Origin: Calditrichia bacterium
Lineage (GTDB): Bacteria > Calditrichota > Calditrichia > RBG-13-44-9
Direction of reading: 5' to 3'
Length of the DNA stretch: 26,382 nt
NCBI GenBank assembly: GCA_037381445.1
Contig: JARRQT010000010.1
Location: 1 to 26,382, forward strand
Part shown: positions 7,210 to 17,241 of the stretch, piece after piece
How positions within the stretch are numbered: the stretch's first letter is position 1
How the letters are laid out: each line of letters opens with the position of its first letter
Position numbers and translations under genes: made by a program
The notes under the pieces: generated by a model
The model's database searches: none
The model's input: the letters and a program-made list of their open reading frames with translations, nothing else
What the model was told of the DNA's origin: nothing

Positions 7210-9636
7210 TTAACGAATTAACATCATCTTTTTAATAAGAATATTTTGATCTGCCATCAATTTATAAAAGTAGATTCCGCTTGAGCAATCATCGCCACGT
7301 TCATTTTTCCCATCCCATTTCATGGCATGCTCACCTGGACTTTGGGTTCCTTTGAACAATACCCTGACTCTTGCTCCCAAAACATCATAAATTTCAAGAC
7401 TGATTTTGGAAGTTTGAGGCAGTCTATAGCGAATCAATGTCTCAGGATTAAATGGATTCGGAAAATTTTGCAGCAGCTCAAAATCGTTTGGCAGCACATT
7501 TGAGTTTTCTGCAACAATGGCAGATAGTTCATTCAGATTAATACGAAGTTCATAATTGCCCTCCTTGGTGTTACCCCGCCAGTATTCCATATTAAAGGAA
7601 GTCACCTCCAGAAATCCATAACCTATTTTTCCTTCATACTCCGCCCTCAGAATAATCACACCATTGGAGAAACCATATCCATGCTCAATTCTACCGGTTT
7701 TGCAGAAAGGACAGCGACCGAGTGCCACTCGTCCATTTTCATCTGCGCTTAAATATAAATCGGGTTCGTCATCATAAAATTTTCCGTACCATTCCCCGTC
7801 TTTGGGTCCCGCCTGATAAATTCTAACTCCCGCATTCGATAAAATATTGCCCTGAGTATCTTTTAGAGTCACCACATTCTCTTCCGGCAGATCCTGTAAA
7901 AATATGCCGATATTCCCGGGAGCATTATAATTTCCTTCAATAGCCCGGTGACCGACAATTAGGTTTAGGGCAGCTGCGCTATATTCATCGACATAGGTAT
8001 ATTGGCCATTCATTAATCCTTTATAATTTGCGGCATGCACAACATCGCCGGTAATTGGAAGGTAGGGAGTACCTGCGATTTGATACCCATTTTCCTCAAT
8101 AGCTACCGTATTACCCGATCCATTATCATGCACATTAAATCCGTACTGATCAATCAGGTACCTGGCGTGTCCGAGTTCATGGAGAAGGGAGCCTTCAAAA
8201 TAAAAGGGATTGTTGGTCGAAACATTTTTATGATCGGCATAAAAATTTCCATCCAGCAATGTGGTGGGGAAACCCCACTGTAAATCGATCGTCTTGTCAA
8301 GAAAATCCGGATCATTGGTAGCCAACCCGCCATTAAGGGGTAATGCATTATCCGGAACAATCGTAATTTTATCGAGACGAATGCGATCGAGTACGCCGTC
8401 AGGGGAATCCGAATAGATCGCGGCTTTGAACATTCCATTCCACATCAAAACATGCCGCTGAGCCCAGTCATCCCATGAATTAGAATGGATTCCCAAATCT
8501 TTTTGATACTGGTGGAAATAATCATATACGCTTTGTTCCACATAAAATCCTGCAGAAATGGCATTGGTATATATTGTCAAATCATTGTTTTCTTCTTCCT
8601 CTTCCGCCACAACATTTTCGGGATCAATAACAAATTTTAGCGTGTGTCTGTCAAAAGTCCACTGCCATGGATAATTAACTGCTACGGTATCCCCGGCCGG
8701 AATATCAACAGAAGATGAATCTACCAATGTTCCATCCAGGAACCACTTATATGGAATCTTTACCAAATTCGAATCAGACCAGTTCCTGATCACTGCCTGC
8801 CAGTAAACGGTACTTCCGACAGATGGCCATCCGGTAATCCAGGGAGCCTCACTGTCCCACACATAATCCTGGCGTGGCAACCGGCCAATATAACTAATAT
8901 CGAGGTCCATTCCCGGCTTAATATAAGGGTCTTCATTAACTTCCAATGAATGTGAACTATGAATCCCCTCGTCTGAGACAGAATAAACGATATATCCATA
9001 TTTTTCTGATGAAACGGCAGTACTATCAATAAAAAAATCAGTAGTTATATTAAAGCCAATCCGATAATAAACCATCCTGGGCAGACCACTAGACAGCGTA
9101 TCACTATAAACGCGACGATAAATTTCATATTTCTGGTTGCTTGCGCCACTCCAGGAAATAATACGATGGAAGGTAAGGCTATCAATCTGCAGTTTTAAAT
9201 TTTCAGGGGGATCAGGCAGATTAACACTTTTAAGGGTCAGCGTCTTAGGAAAAAAATACCAGGGAATCCCTAATACGCTATCATTAAGAATTCCCTGTTC
9301 ATGAGCGGCATTACAGGTGAACCTGACATGGACGCTATCACCTGTTTTTAATTTAGGATCAAAAAAATTCCCCAGCTCAATCCCAAATGTACCGTTGCCC
9401 GAAATATTAGGATCACTGCTATTTTTCCAACGGGGCGCATTCTCAATTAAGACCTGATCGCTGTCATTATTTAAATAAGCAGTGAATGTGGCCTCCGGTG
9501 ACGGGTGATAGCAATAATCCCCTGCCGAGTGTTTAACAAAATTTTTATAATATACGGAAATATCTTCTGCATCGCTTTGCGTATACACATTTATTGTAAA
9601 AAACAGAATCGTTAAAAAGGCCAACAAAAATCTCAT
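7210..9636 (-). CDS. Secreted metzincin-like metallopeptidase (shared N-module, FN3-like, CARDB, HELGH motif, T9SS/FlgD-Ig CTD)
   Basis: Signal peptide from MRFLL (ATG 9636; track starts at GTG 9645); CARDB-like HTLKFVIDPENVVAEEEEENN; LLHELGHARYLIDQY at 8167-8181 with downstream GLMNG (Met-turn-like); C-terminal QNFPNPFNPET…SGIYFYKL…KKMMLIR. Confidence 0.78.
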   Translation of the reverse strand: MRFLLAFLTILFFTINVYTQSDAEDISVYYKNFVKHSAGDYCYHPSPEATFTAYLNNDSDQVLIENAPRWKNSSDPNISGNGTFGIELGNFFDPKLKTGDSVHVRFTCNAAHEQGILNDSVLGIPWYFFPKTLTLKSVNLPDPPENLKLQIDSLTFHRIISWSGASNQKYEIYRRVYSDTLSSGLPRMVYYRIGFNITTDFFIDSTAVSSEKYGYIVYSVSDEGIHSSHSLEVNEDPYIKPGMDLDISYIGRLPRQDYVWDSEAPWITGWPSVGSTVYWQAVIRNWSDSNLVKIPYKWFLDGTLVDSSSVDIPAGDTVAVNYPWQWTFDRHTLKFVIDPENVVAEEEEENNDLTIYTNAISAGFYVEQSVYDYFHQYQKDLGIHSNSWDDWAQRHVLMWNGMFKAAIYSDSPDGVLDRIRLDKITIVPDNALPLNGGLATNDPDFLDKTIDLQWGFPTTLLDGNFYADHKNVSTNNPFYFEGSLLHELGHARYLIDQYGFNVHDNGSGNTVAIEENGYQIAGTPYLPITGDVVHAANYKGLMNGQYTYVDEYSAAALNLIVGHRAIEGNYNAPGNIGIFLQDLPEENVVTLKDTQGNILSNAGVRIYQAGPKDGEWYGKFYDDEPDLYLSADENGRVALGRCPFCKTGRIEHGYGFSNGVIILRAEYEGKIGYGFLEVTSFNMEYWRGNTKEGNYELRINLNELSAIVAENSNVLPNDFELLQNFPNPFNPETLIRYRLPQTSKISLEIYDVLGARVRVLFKGTQSPGEHAMKWDGKNERGDDCSSGIYFYKLMADQNILIKKMMLIR

Positions 9637-9656
9637 TATCACCAAATCTTGTTCGT

Positions 9657-10577
9657 TTAAAGAGAGAAAGATATTCCAAACCGATGCGCACCGCCCAAGA
9701 TACTGTAATCATTGTAGGAATAGTCAAATTCCAGAAGATAATTTGAAACACGCCAGTGCAGACCACCTCCAAAAGAATACTTTGTTACATCGTTATTCAG
9801 TTGATAACCGCCCCGCAGATAGATGGTTTTATTAAAATTCCACTCTGCCCCAACTTGACCTAATGGTTTGCCATCATTAGGCTTAATGGCTGTTAGGGAA
9901 ATGAGAAGTGTCTGCGATTCCTGCTGCAGGGCATTCATGGAAAGTCCGAATTGGAAATTTGTCGGCAGCGGATAAGATTCATTAACATATTTCACTTCCG
10001 AACCAAAATTTGCGATTTTCATTCCAAATCGGAATCCACGGAAATCTGTGGAATATAGCACCGCAATATCTCCCGCGATGGCATTGGCATCAAAGTCAGA
10101 ATAGAGAGACATATGGATGTAACTGATAGTACCTCCCATCGTCACTTTGTCTGTCAGAAATCTTGAATAAGAGAATCCATAACGGTAATTTCCAGAGTAA
10201 AAGGTTTCCCCGGTACCGTCGGGTTGAAGCGGGGTTCGCACTTTCATTTCATCTGTATATAGGGCTGTTACGGAGAGTCCAAAGGTACCCCAGATACCAA
10301 ATGTTCGGGCAGCGGCTGCGAACTCATGATTTATTCCGGCAAACCATGAGGTGTGCGTGAAGGCAAAATCAGTATTTGGTATTCTCGCCAAAGCTGCAGG
10401 ATTATAATAGGTGGCTTCCGCTCCGTCAGTAACCGAAATATAGGCATCCCCCATCGCAGCGGCTCGGGGGCTCACACTTATTCTTAAAAACTGACCATCT
10501 GTACTTCCCGGCCGTTCATACTGGGCCATTAATACAAACGGCACTAAGACGAACAATAGTACGAATTTCTTAATCAT
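9657..10577 (-). CDS. PorV/PorQ-family (UPF0164-like) outer-membrane beta-barrel
   Basis: QFLRISVSPRAAAMGDAY and YYNPAALA motifs, amphipathic beta strands, C-terminal HRFGISFSL. Start at MIKKF (10577) gives a clean signal peptide; the upstream ATG at 10616 is possible. Confidence 0.85.
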   Translation of the reverse strand: MIKKFVLLFVLVPFVLMAQYERPGSTDGQFLRISVSPRAAAMGDAYISVTDGAEATYYNPAALARIPNTDFAFTHTSWFAGINHEFAAAARTFGIWGTFGLSVTALYTDEMKVRTPLQPDGTGETFYSGNYRYGFSYSRFLTDKVTMGGTISYIHMSLYSDFDANAIAGDIAVLYSTDFRGFRFGMKIANFGSEVKYVNESYPLPTNFQFGLSMNALQQESQTLLISLTAIKPNDGKPLGQVGAEWNFNKTIYLRGGYQLNNDVTKYSFGGGLHWRVSNYLLEFDYSYNDYSILGGAHRFGISFSL

Positions 10578-10619
10578 ATCTAAATCCCAATTTTTATTGT
10601 TAAGCTCTTTTTTCATTTA

Positions 10620-12410
10620 TCACTTAATGACAACAAATTTACCTACCTGAACATCACCGGAACCCTCTGCCTGAACAGAAAAAAGATATATGCCGCTCGC
10701 AATAGCCTGGCCAACCGATGAAGTAAGATTCCAGTCTTCAAACCCGATTTCTGCATTATTATGATAAAGAGTCTGTATCAGGTCACCTGCCAGCGTGTAG
10801 ATTTTTATTGTGCATCTGCTTGGCAAATTAATGAATTGAATACGGCGATCCTGCTCCATCCAATATTGGCGCGTGCCTTCCGGCTTTTCCCACTGGGGAT
10901 TGTATTCATGGTATGCCACGTCCCCGCGATATGGATTCGGTACGACAGCAACTTTCCCAACTGTTTCCGGAGCCGCGGTCCCGGGAATAATCTTCCGCGC
11001 ATTCGCAGCAATACTGGATTCCTGAGAAGGGAAATCTGTGGCAGAATCCGGTTTTGAATATGCCGACACACTATAGTAGTACTCAAAGTTGTTGAGTAAG
11101 CCTGTATCCGTAAATTCCCAATCAAGGCCGGTATTGGGACCATATTTGTCATTCTTTATATCATATTCGCCCAATAAGGTCCACGGTCCCTGCGGGCTGG
11201 AAGTACTTTTATATAGCCGGTAACCCTCAAAAGGTTGCTCGGCATTATCACCCCGGTAAGGATCGAAGTAGGTTTCAGGATTTACATCACCTTCCTGCGA
11301 TTTCCAGCTTAATTTAACCTTATGATTGCCAATTTGAACCCTGAGTGGCGGTTTGGGAGGCGGAAAAGGAACTTTATATTCCCGCTCTTTTAGAAATTCC
11401 AGATAATCAGCATTTTTCATGACTTCATCTCTGCCCATTCCAAATACTTCAGCGATTTCAAAATGCAGCGTATCGCCCACAGCCACTGTCTCAAACGGAC
11501 CAAAAGCTACCGCCACATGGACTCTTTCGGGATCCGCCCTGTTTGCCATAATTTGTCCACTGCTCATGGCGACCTTATATCGCAAAGCATCATTTCCAAA
11601 ACCACTGAGATCTTCATGATCGTACCATTTAAATGTCCATTTCAGCGTGCTATCCTTGGGTGAAAGAAACTTGATGCCGATAGGGCTCTGAGTATTACCA
11701 TCGTTTCCACCAGGATTATCATCTCCGATGGCCATATGCTTGGTAGGATAAAAAAATGTAAGATCATCAATAAAATTATCCGCCACGTCATTATTGCCAA
11801 TCTCACCATGCAGCCAGAAAGCCACATATACATTCTTAAGGTCATTTTTCACAGGAATCACATCATAATTGAAGACGATGAACTCATCCAGAGGCGCCGA
11901 ACTCCAGGCAAAACTTCTCTGAATGACATCAAGATATAAAGGTTTATGCTTGTCGACAGTGAGAATATTGTAATCGCTGTATCGGCAAATAAAATCCTGA
12001 TCGGAAACGGCCGTATAATGCGGCCAATAGGGAATATCCAGAGTATCACCTTTCTTTGCTACCCAAATCGTATCCCATGGCTGTGCAGTGGGATAAAATT
12101 CTTCCGGGGTGAAATGGGTTTTGCTAACGGATACCAGGGTATCTCCCTTTGGATCTATTGCACCTATCCAGATTCCACCCTGATAAATATGTTCTTCATT
12201 GCTGCCGATCGGCATTTCAGAGTATATTAGGCCGGGATAACTAAGCTTCTGATCAGAATCATCCAGCGTGCCTATATTGGTTATAAGCTGTTTAACTTTG
12301 CCCACATTGTGCAATTTCCAATCCAATGTGGTAAGCTGGGCAAACAGTGGATTTATCATAAATGCAAACCCACCTAATATCAACCAGATCGCTAAAATTT
12401 TTCTTTTCAT
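10620..12410 (-). CDS. Secreted hypothetical protein, TBDR-associated family with FN3-like domain and VVPNPY-type C-terminal sorting-like domain (paralogue 2)
   Basis: Signal peptide LFA|Q; LDWKLHNVGKV; PPPKPPLRV; FEGYRLYKS; VAVVPNPY…IQFINLP…CTIKIYTLAGD…WNLTS…ASGIYLF…GKFVVIK. Aligns by eye over its whole length with 12486-14285. Confidence 0.8.
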   Translation of the reverse strand: MKRKILAIWLILGGFAFMINPLFAQLTTLDWKLHNVGKVKQLITNIGTLDDSDQKLSYPGLIYSEMPIGSNEEHIYQGGIWIGAIDPKGDTLVSVSKTHFTPEEFYPTAQPWDTIWVAKKGDTLDIPYWPHYTAVSDQDFICRYSDYNILTVDKHKPLYLDVIQRSFAWSSAPLDEFIVFNYDVIPVKNDLKNVYVAFWLHGEIGNNDVADNFIDDLTFFYPTKHMAIGDDNPGGNDGNTQSPIGIKFLSPKDSTLKWTFKWYDHEDLSGFGNDALRYKVAMSSGQIMANRADPERVHVAVAFGPFETVAVGDTLHFEIAEVFGMGRDEVMKNADYLEFLKEREYKVPFPPPKPPLRVQIGNHKVKLSWKSQEGDVNPETYFDPYRGDNAEQPFEGYRLYKSTSSPQGPWTLLGEYDIKNDKYGPNTGLDWEFTDTGLLNNFEYYYSVSAYSKPDSATDFPSQESSIAANARKIIPGTAAPETVGKVAVVPNPYRGDVAYHEYNPQWEKPEGTRQYWMEQDRRIQFINLPSRCTIKIYTLAGDLIQTLYHNNAEIGFEDWNLTSSVGQAIASGIYLFSVQAEGSGDVQVGKFVVIK

Positions 12411-12485
12411 ATATTTACCTGTTTCTTAAGTAGTGAATATTGCTATCACCTATGAAGCTAAGATTCGTAATACCGATTTAAATAA

Positions 12486-14285
12486 TTATTTAATAATTAC
12501 AAATTTACCAACCTGGGCCTGACTAGAGCTGTTATCTTCCACGGTGAACAAATAAATACCACTTGCCACAGCCTGCCCAACATATGAAGTAAGATTCCAA
12601 TCCTCATAACCTTTTTCGGGATCATTATGAATAATCGTATTCACCCAATCACCAGCCAGAGTATATATTTTAATGGTGCACGAAGCCGGCAAATTAATAA
12701 ATTGAATTCTACGGTCCTGCTCCATCCATTTATCTCGGGTGGCGTCAGGCTTTTCCCAGGGAGGATTATAAGAATCGTATGCAAAATCACCACGATACGG
12801 ATTAGGCACGACTGCAACCTGCCCCACTTTTGCGGGAGGCTCCGGCCCCGGTATTACTCTGACAGCATTGGCATTAAGGCTCGATTCTTGGGATGGGAAA
12901 CTTGACACCGTGTCTGGCTTGGAGAAGGCAGTTACTGTATAATAATAATCAAAATTATTAAGAAGTCCCAAATCTGCATATGTGGTATCCAACCCCGTAT
13001 TATATCCATATTCATTATCAGGAGTATCAAATTCTGCTAAGAGAGTCCAGGGACCTGTTGCACTTCGGGTGCTTTTATACACTCTATATCCTTCAAACGG
13101 CACTTTCATACTATCAGCACGATATGGATCAGTGTAGTGCTCAGGATCCGGATCCCCCGGATGGGGATTCCATTTGAGCCTGACATAGTGACTTGTCATA
13201 TCCACTCTTAATGGCGGTTTTGGAGGAGGAGAAGGGACTCTGAAATCATTCTCATATAACCAATCAAGTCTTTTGGCGTTTTTGAGCAGACCACTGAGAC
13301 CTTCACCCAGAACTTCACCAACAGCAAATTTTAATGTGTCTCCGACAGACAGATCAATAGGCCCGAATGATACTATAAACTGCGAGCCAACAGGTTCTTT
13401 TTGGTCTGTCATTATTTTATTTTCAGACATCTGAAGATATCTATCCCCATCTCTGCTGGGCGGAGCGCTTCCGCTGCCACCCTCATACCAATTAAAGGTC
13501 CATTTCAAAGAATTCTCATCGACATTCTTAGGAGGGAAAAGACGCATCCCAATCGGACTATAGGCATTTTCATCTGTACTACCCGGATAATCCATTGATA
13601 TACCCATATGCTGGTCGGGATAGTAAATAGAATAGTCATCCAGAGCAAATGACCATCCGCTGCCGCGATAGCCGACATTTCCATCCAGCCAATAGGCGAT
13701 ATAAACGTCTTTCAGGTCAGTTTTTTTGGCAATAACATAGAATTTGTAAATTATCATTTCATCCAGGGGACTGGAACTCCAGGCATGGCTCGTCTGAATT
13801 ACGTCAATATTCAAAGGCTTATGCTGCACCATATTCGTAACATTGTAATCACTATATCGGCAGACAAAATCCTGGTCCGAAATTCCAACATATTTGGGCC
13901 AATAAGGGATATCAACTGTATCACCTTTGTAGACAGTCCAAACAGTATCCCATGGTTGAGCACTGGGAAAGAACTCCTGGCTAGAATTCCAGCTCGTGGT
14001 AACCGATACAGCTGTATCGCTTCCCATAATAGCACCAACCCAAATTCCTCCTTCACCAACGTGTTCTTCAAAACTATTGGGTGGAAATTCACAATAGATC
14101 AGTCCCGTGAAGTCACCTAACAGATAACTTGTCGGCCAAAGACTTCCGAGATTTGAAACAAACTGTCTCACCTTTCCAACATCATGCATTTTCCAATCCA
14201 GGCTTACATTTTGCTGTGCAAACGCTGCGAAGGCAAAGATCAAAATAAAAAATATAATATTACTCTTTTTATGTACCACAGGCAT
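12486..14285 (-). CDS. Secreted hypothetical protein, TBDR-associated family with FN3-like domain and VVPNPY-type C-terminal sorting-like domain (paralogue 1)
   Basis: Start at MPVVHKK (14285, GAGG SD) preferred over 14348; signal peptide AFA|QQ; same motif series as 10620-12410. Confidence 0.8.
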   Translation of the reverse strand: MPVVHKKSNIIFFILIFAFAAFAQQNVSLDWKMHDVGKVRQFVSNLGSLWPTSYLLGDFTGLIYCEFPPNSFEEHVGEGGIWVGAIMGSDTAVSVTTSWNSSQEFFPSAQPWDTVWTVYKGDTVDIPYWPKYVGISDQDFVCRYSDYNVTNMVQHKPLNIDVIQTSHAWSSSPLDEMIIYKFYVIAKKTDLKDVYIAYWLDGNVGYRGSGWSFALDDYSIYYPDQHMGISMDYPGSTDENAYSPIGMRLFPPKNVDENSLKWTFNWYEGGSGSAPPSRDGDRYLQMSENKIMTDQKEPVGSQFIVSFGPIDLSVGDTLKFAVGEVLGEGLSGLLKNAKRLDWLYENDFRVPSPPPKPPLRVDMTSHYVRLKWNPHPGDPDPEHYTDPYRADSMKVPFEGYRVYKSTRSATGPWTLLAEFDTPDNEYGYNTGLDTTYADLGLLNNFDYYYTVTAFSKPDTVSSFPSQESSLNANAVRVIPGPEPPAKVGQVAVVPNPYRGDFAYDSYNPPWEKPDATRDKWMEQDRRIQFINLPASCTIKIYTLAGDWVNTIIHNDPEKGYEDWNLTSYVGQAVASGIYLFTVEDNSSSQAQVGKFVIIK

Positions 14286-14354
14286 TATTTCCTCAAATCC
14301 TTTAATAGTCTGATCTCTTTTGTATTCGTTCATCAAAAAATCATTCAATATTTT

Positions 14355-17186
14355 TTACCAGTTAATGCTAAGACCTAACCTGATGTCACGTCCCGATGCA
14401 AATTGTCTGGGATCCAGCTTTGTCAGCATATCATAATAGCCAATATAGCGATAAGTGCTATTGCTTATTAACTGGGGATCAAGATCTCCATATTTGAAAG
14501 GTTTGCCGGTTAATGTGTTAAATCCGTATGCAATCTGAACATTACGCTGGTTGAAGATATTTAATATGTCAGCAAAGACAGATAGGCCCAAATTCCCTAC
14601 ACCAAAAGTCTTTTTAATCTTGAGATCCGTTACCATGGTAGAAGGCCCGATTTTGGTATTTTCAGTCTTCTGCTGAACGACAGGATCAAGCGAGTAAGGC
14701 GTATAAGGCTGACCAGTAGAGAACCTGGAAAGAACCGTTGCATTCCAATTATCGGGTATGGTAATTCCAAAAATTTTGGGTGCGCGATGAGGTGGAATGG
14801 CAATGGTTCCCTGGAATATGACCTGATGCCGGATATCCCAGCTCAGCGCCCTCTCACGGATCGGATTAGGGAAGTCTGTTAGTGATCGAATATAGTTATC
14901 AAAGGCGGATGAGGAATAACCGGTCGCCCATTGGACAGTATATGTTAGATCTGTGGAAAAATAATGGGAATAACGTTTGTTTAATGAAAATTCCAATCCT
15001 CTTGCTCTTCCATAGCCTTTGTTATCATAAAGATATACTGGCAATCCCAAAGCAGCTCTTAATTGGGTTGTCTCCACCTGTTTGGATATATCTTTTGCAT
15101 AGCTCTTAATATCAAGCGCCCAATCAGTTGCCAACTGTCTCGTGAATCCGAATTCATAGAGAATGGTTTGTTCAAAATCCAAATGCGGATTACCCGTAAA
15201 TCCTCCCGTATAGGGATCGCGGTAAAAATATTGAAGCTCAGGCAATTGATTAAAGTGACCGTAAGAGAAGAAAACAACAGTTTTTTCCGAAATCGGAAAT
15301 GATATGCCAAAACGGGGACTGAATTTTAGTTTCAACCAGTTCCAATCTGCTTTCAGGCCGGTTGCAGACTCCCACTGTCTCTTCCAGTTATTGTTCATAA
15401 CTGTTGAACCTAAAGCAAGCCAGTCTAATCTTGCGCCTGCATTAATAATTAAGGTCTCTTTTTCAAATTTATCCTGGATATATGCCCCACCAATGATTGG
15501 ATAAGCATTGAATACCCACCGGTTTTGACCAAATTCCGGGTAGGGACCAATAGGAGCAACAAAAGTCTGCTCATTTTCAAATGCCGCTTTGCCATAATTG
15601 GATAAAGCAACGCCACCATCCTGAATATCAACATACTGGATATCGTTATACTTCATTTCGATACCGGTTTTCACAAGATGTTCAGGATGTATCTGGGAAG
15701 TAATATCTCCTTTAAAAGTATAGGTGGCCGTCGCATCATCACGCCATATATTATCATAGCTCAAAGGATCCACAAAACCATAGATGTCGGTTGTGGCAGG
15801 ACTGATCGTAGAGCGTATTGAATCGGGTGCACCGGAAAAAAGACTCTTATATGTCTGATAATCATAAACATTTCCATCTTTATAAAATCGCCAGAAATCA
15901 CCGGGATTTTTTCCATTCAAAGAGCCGGCATATTTAACACCCAGATATCCAAAATTAATATTATAGAATGTTGATTTTGAAAGCGTATGATTGATCCTGA
16001 AAATGAAATTTTGATTATTCCTGACATAATCTGCCATATGGTCGGGATAGTTTTTCCAGAGCCAGTCAAAATTGCTCCAATTATTCCAGGAACCATGATA
16101 ACTTAAATTAAGATTAAGCTTGTTGGAAACATTCCAGCCAATTTTAGCATTCAAATTGCCTGTATTATCCTGCTTCTCTTTTAAGTTCAAACCGAATAAG
16201 GAAAAAGTATCTCTCGTTCTGCTATTATTGTAGGGAGTATTGCTCAGCGTCCCGTTGCCTGAAAGAAAGAAATGGAGTTTGCCCGGTAAATGTATACCCA
16301 GCCCGGGCAATAAACGGCTGGAAATCGGATCGGGCCCCCCCAGATAGAAGGAGGTATATTGCATATCATAGGCGGTGTTGAAAAAATCATACTGAGAAGT
16401 TTTATATTCAATTCCGCCCTCATAATGATCACCGCCCGACCGTGTAGTGATATTTACCACACCCGATTGAGCCTGCCCGTATTCGGCATTGAATGCCCCG
16501 GTCAATAGCTCCATCTCCTGCACATCAACCACATTGAGGTTCAAAACATCCCGGCCTCCATAAATGGGATGGGTTACCGGCACCCCGTCTACCATATACA
16601 GGATTTCACCGCCGCGGCCGCCTCTGACATGGATATCTTTCAGACTTTCATCCCTGACCTGTAATTGAGCGCCGCCTTCGAGTTGAATCGATTGGGGGGC
16701 TGCGCTTGTAAATGCGCCTCCCTGAAGCATGAAAATATCCGCAGTCGATTCAAATCCAGGGGTCTCAGCAATTTCTTCGCGCGAGGTTACTTTTCTGGTG
16801 GAGGTCACATCCTTTTGGACAATGGGTGCCTTGGCGAAGACTTCAACAGCAGGACCTTCAATTGCGTTTGATTCCATTTTTATATCAACTCGCTGAGTCA
16901 GATCCACTTTCACGCGTACTTCGCGAACGGTCAGGGTATGATATCCGATATAGGAACACTCTAAGTCATATGTACCGGGCGGAACCTGCAATATGTAATA
17001 GAAACCTTCCTCATCGGTCGCGGCCCCAAGGGAGCTTCCCTTCACTACCACATTGACGCCAATTAGCGGGTCCCCCGTAGATTTATCGGTTACCCTTCCT
17101 GCAATTTTCCCCGTGTTTCCAGCAAAGAGCATCCGGGAAAAAATCAAGAATATCAGAAAAATCGATGAATATTTTAGACACCTCAT
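14355..17186 (-). CDS. TonB-dependent receptor with N-terminal carboxypeptidase-regulatory-like domain
   Basis: GKIAGRVTDKSTGDPLIGVNV…GAATDEEGFY…PPGTY; plug IHVRGGRGGEILYMVDGVPV…GAFNAEYGQAQSGVVNITT; barrel motifs FSPRFGISFP, FFSYGHFNQLP, GNPHLDFEQT; C-terminal Trp. Confidence 0.95.
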   Translation of the reverse strand: MRCLKYSSIFLIFLIFSRMLFAGNTGKIAGRVTDKSTGDPLIGVNVVVKGSSLGAATDEEGFYYILQVPPGTYDLECSYIGYHTLTVREVRVKVDLTQRVDIKMESNAIEGPAVEVFAKAPIVQKDVTSTRKVTSREEIAETPGFESTADIFMLQGGAFTSAAPQSIQLEGGAQLQVRDESLKDIHVRGGRGGEILYMVDGVPVTHPIYGGRDVLNLNVVDVQEMELLTGAFNAEYGQAQSGVVNITTRSGGDHYEGGIEYKTSQYDFFNTAYDMQYTSFYLGGPDPISSRLLPGLGIHLPGKLHFFLSGNGTLSNTPYNNSRTRDTFSLFGLNLKEKQDNTGNLNAKIGWNVSNKLNLNLSYHGSWNNWSNFDWLWKNYPDHMADYVRNNQNFIFRINHTLSKSTFYNINFGYLGVKYAGSLNGKNPGDFWRFYKDGNVYDYQTYKSLFSGAPDSIRSTISPATTDIYGFVDPLSYDNIWRDDATATYTFKGDITSQIHPEHLVKTGIEMKYNDIQYVDIQDGGVALSNYGKAAFENEQTFVAPIGPYPEFGQNRWVFNAYPIIGGAYIQDKFEKETLIINAGARLDWLALGSTVMNNNWKRQWESATGLKADWNWLKLKFSPRFGISFPISEKTVVFFSYGHFNQLPELQYFYRDPYTGGFTGNPHLDFEQTILYEFGFTRQLATDWALDIKSYAKDISKQVETTQLRAALGLPVYLYDNKGYGRARGLEFSLNKRYSHYFSTDLTYTVQWATGYSSSAFDNYIRSLTDFPNPIRERALSWDIRHQVIFQGTIAIPPHRAPKIFGITIPDNWNATVLSRFSTGQPYTPYSLDPVVQQKTENTKIGPSTMVTDLKIKKTFGVGNLGLSVFADILNIFNQRNVQIAYGFNTLTGKPFKYGDLDPQLISNSTYRYIGYYDMLTKLDPRQFASGRDIRLGLSINW

Positions 17187-17241
17187 TTAAAAACGCTCCT
17201 CATTTACATTATATAAAAATCACATCGACAAATTTCAGTCT

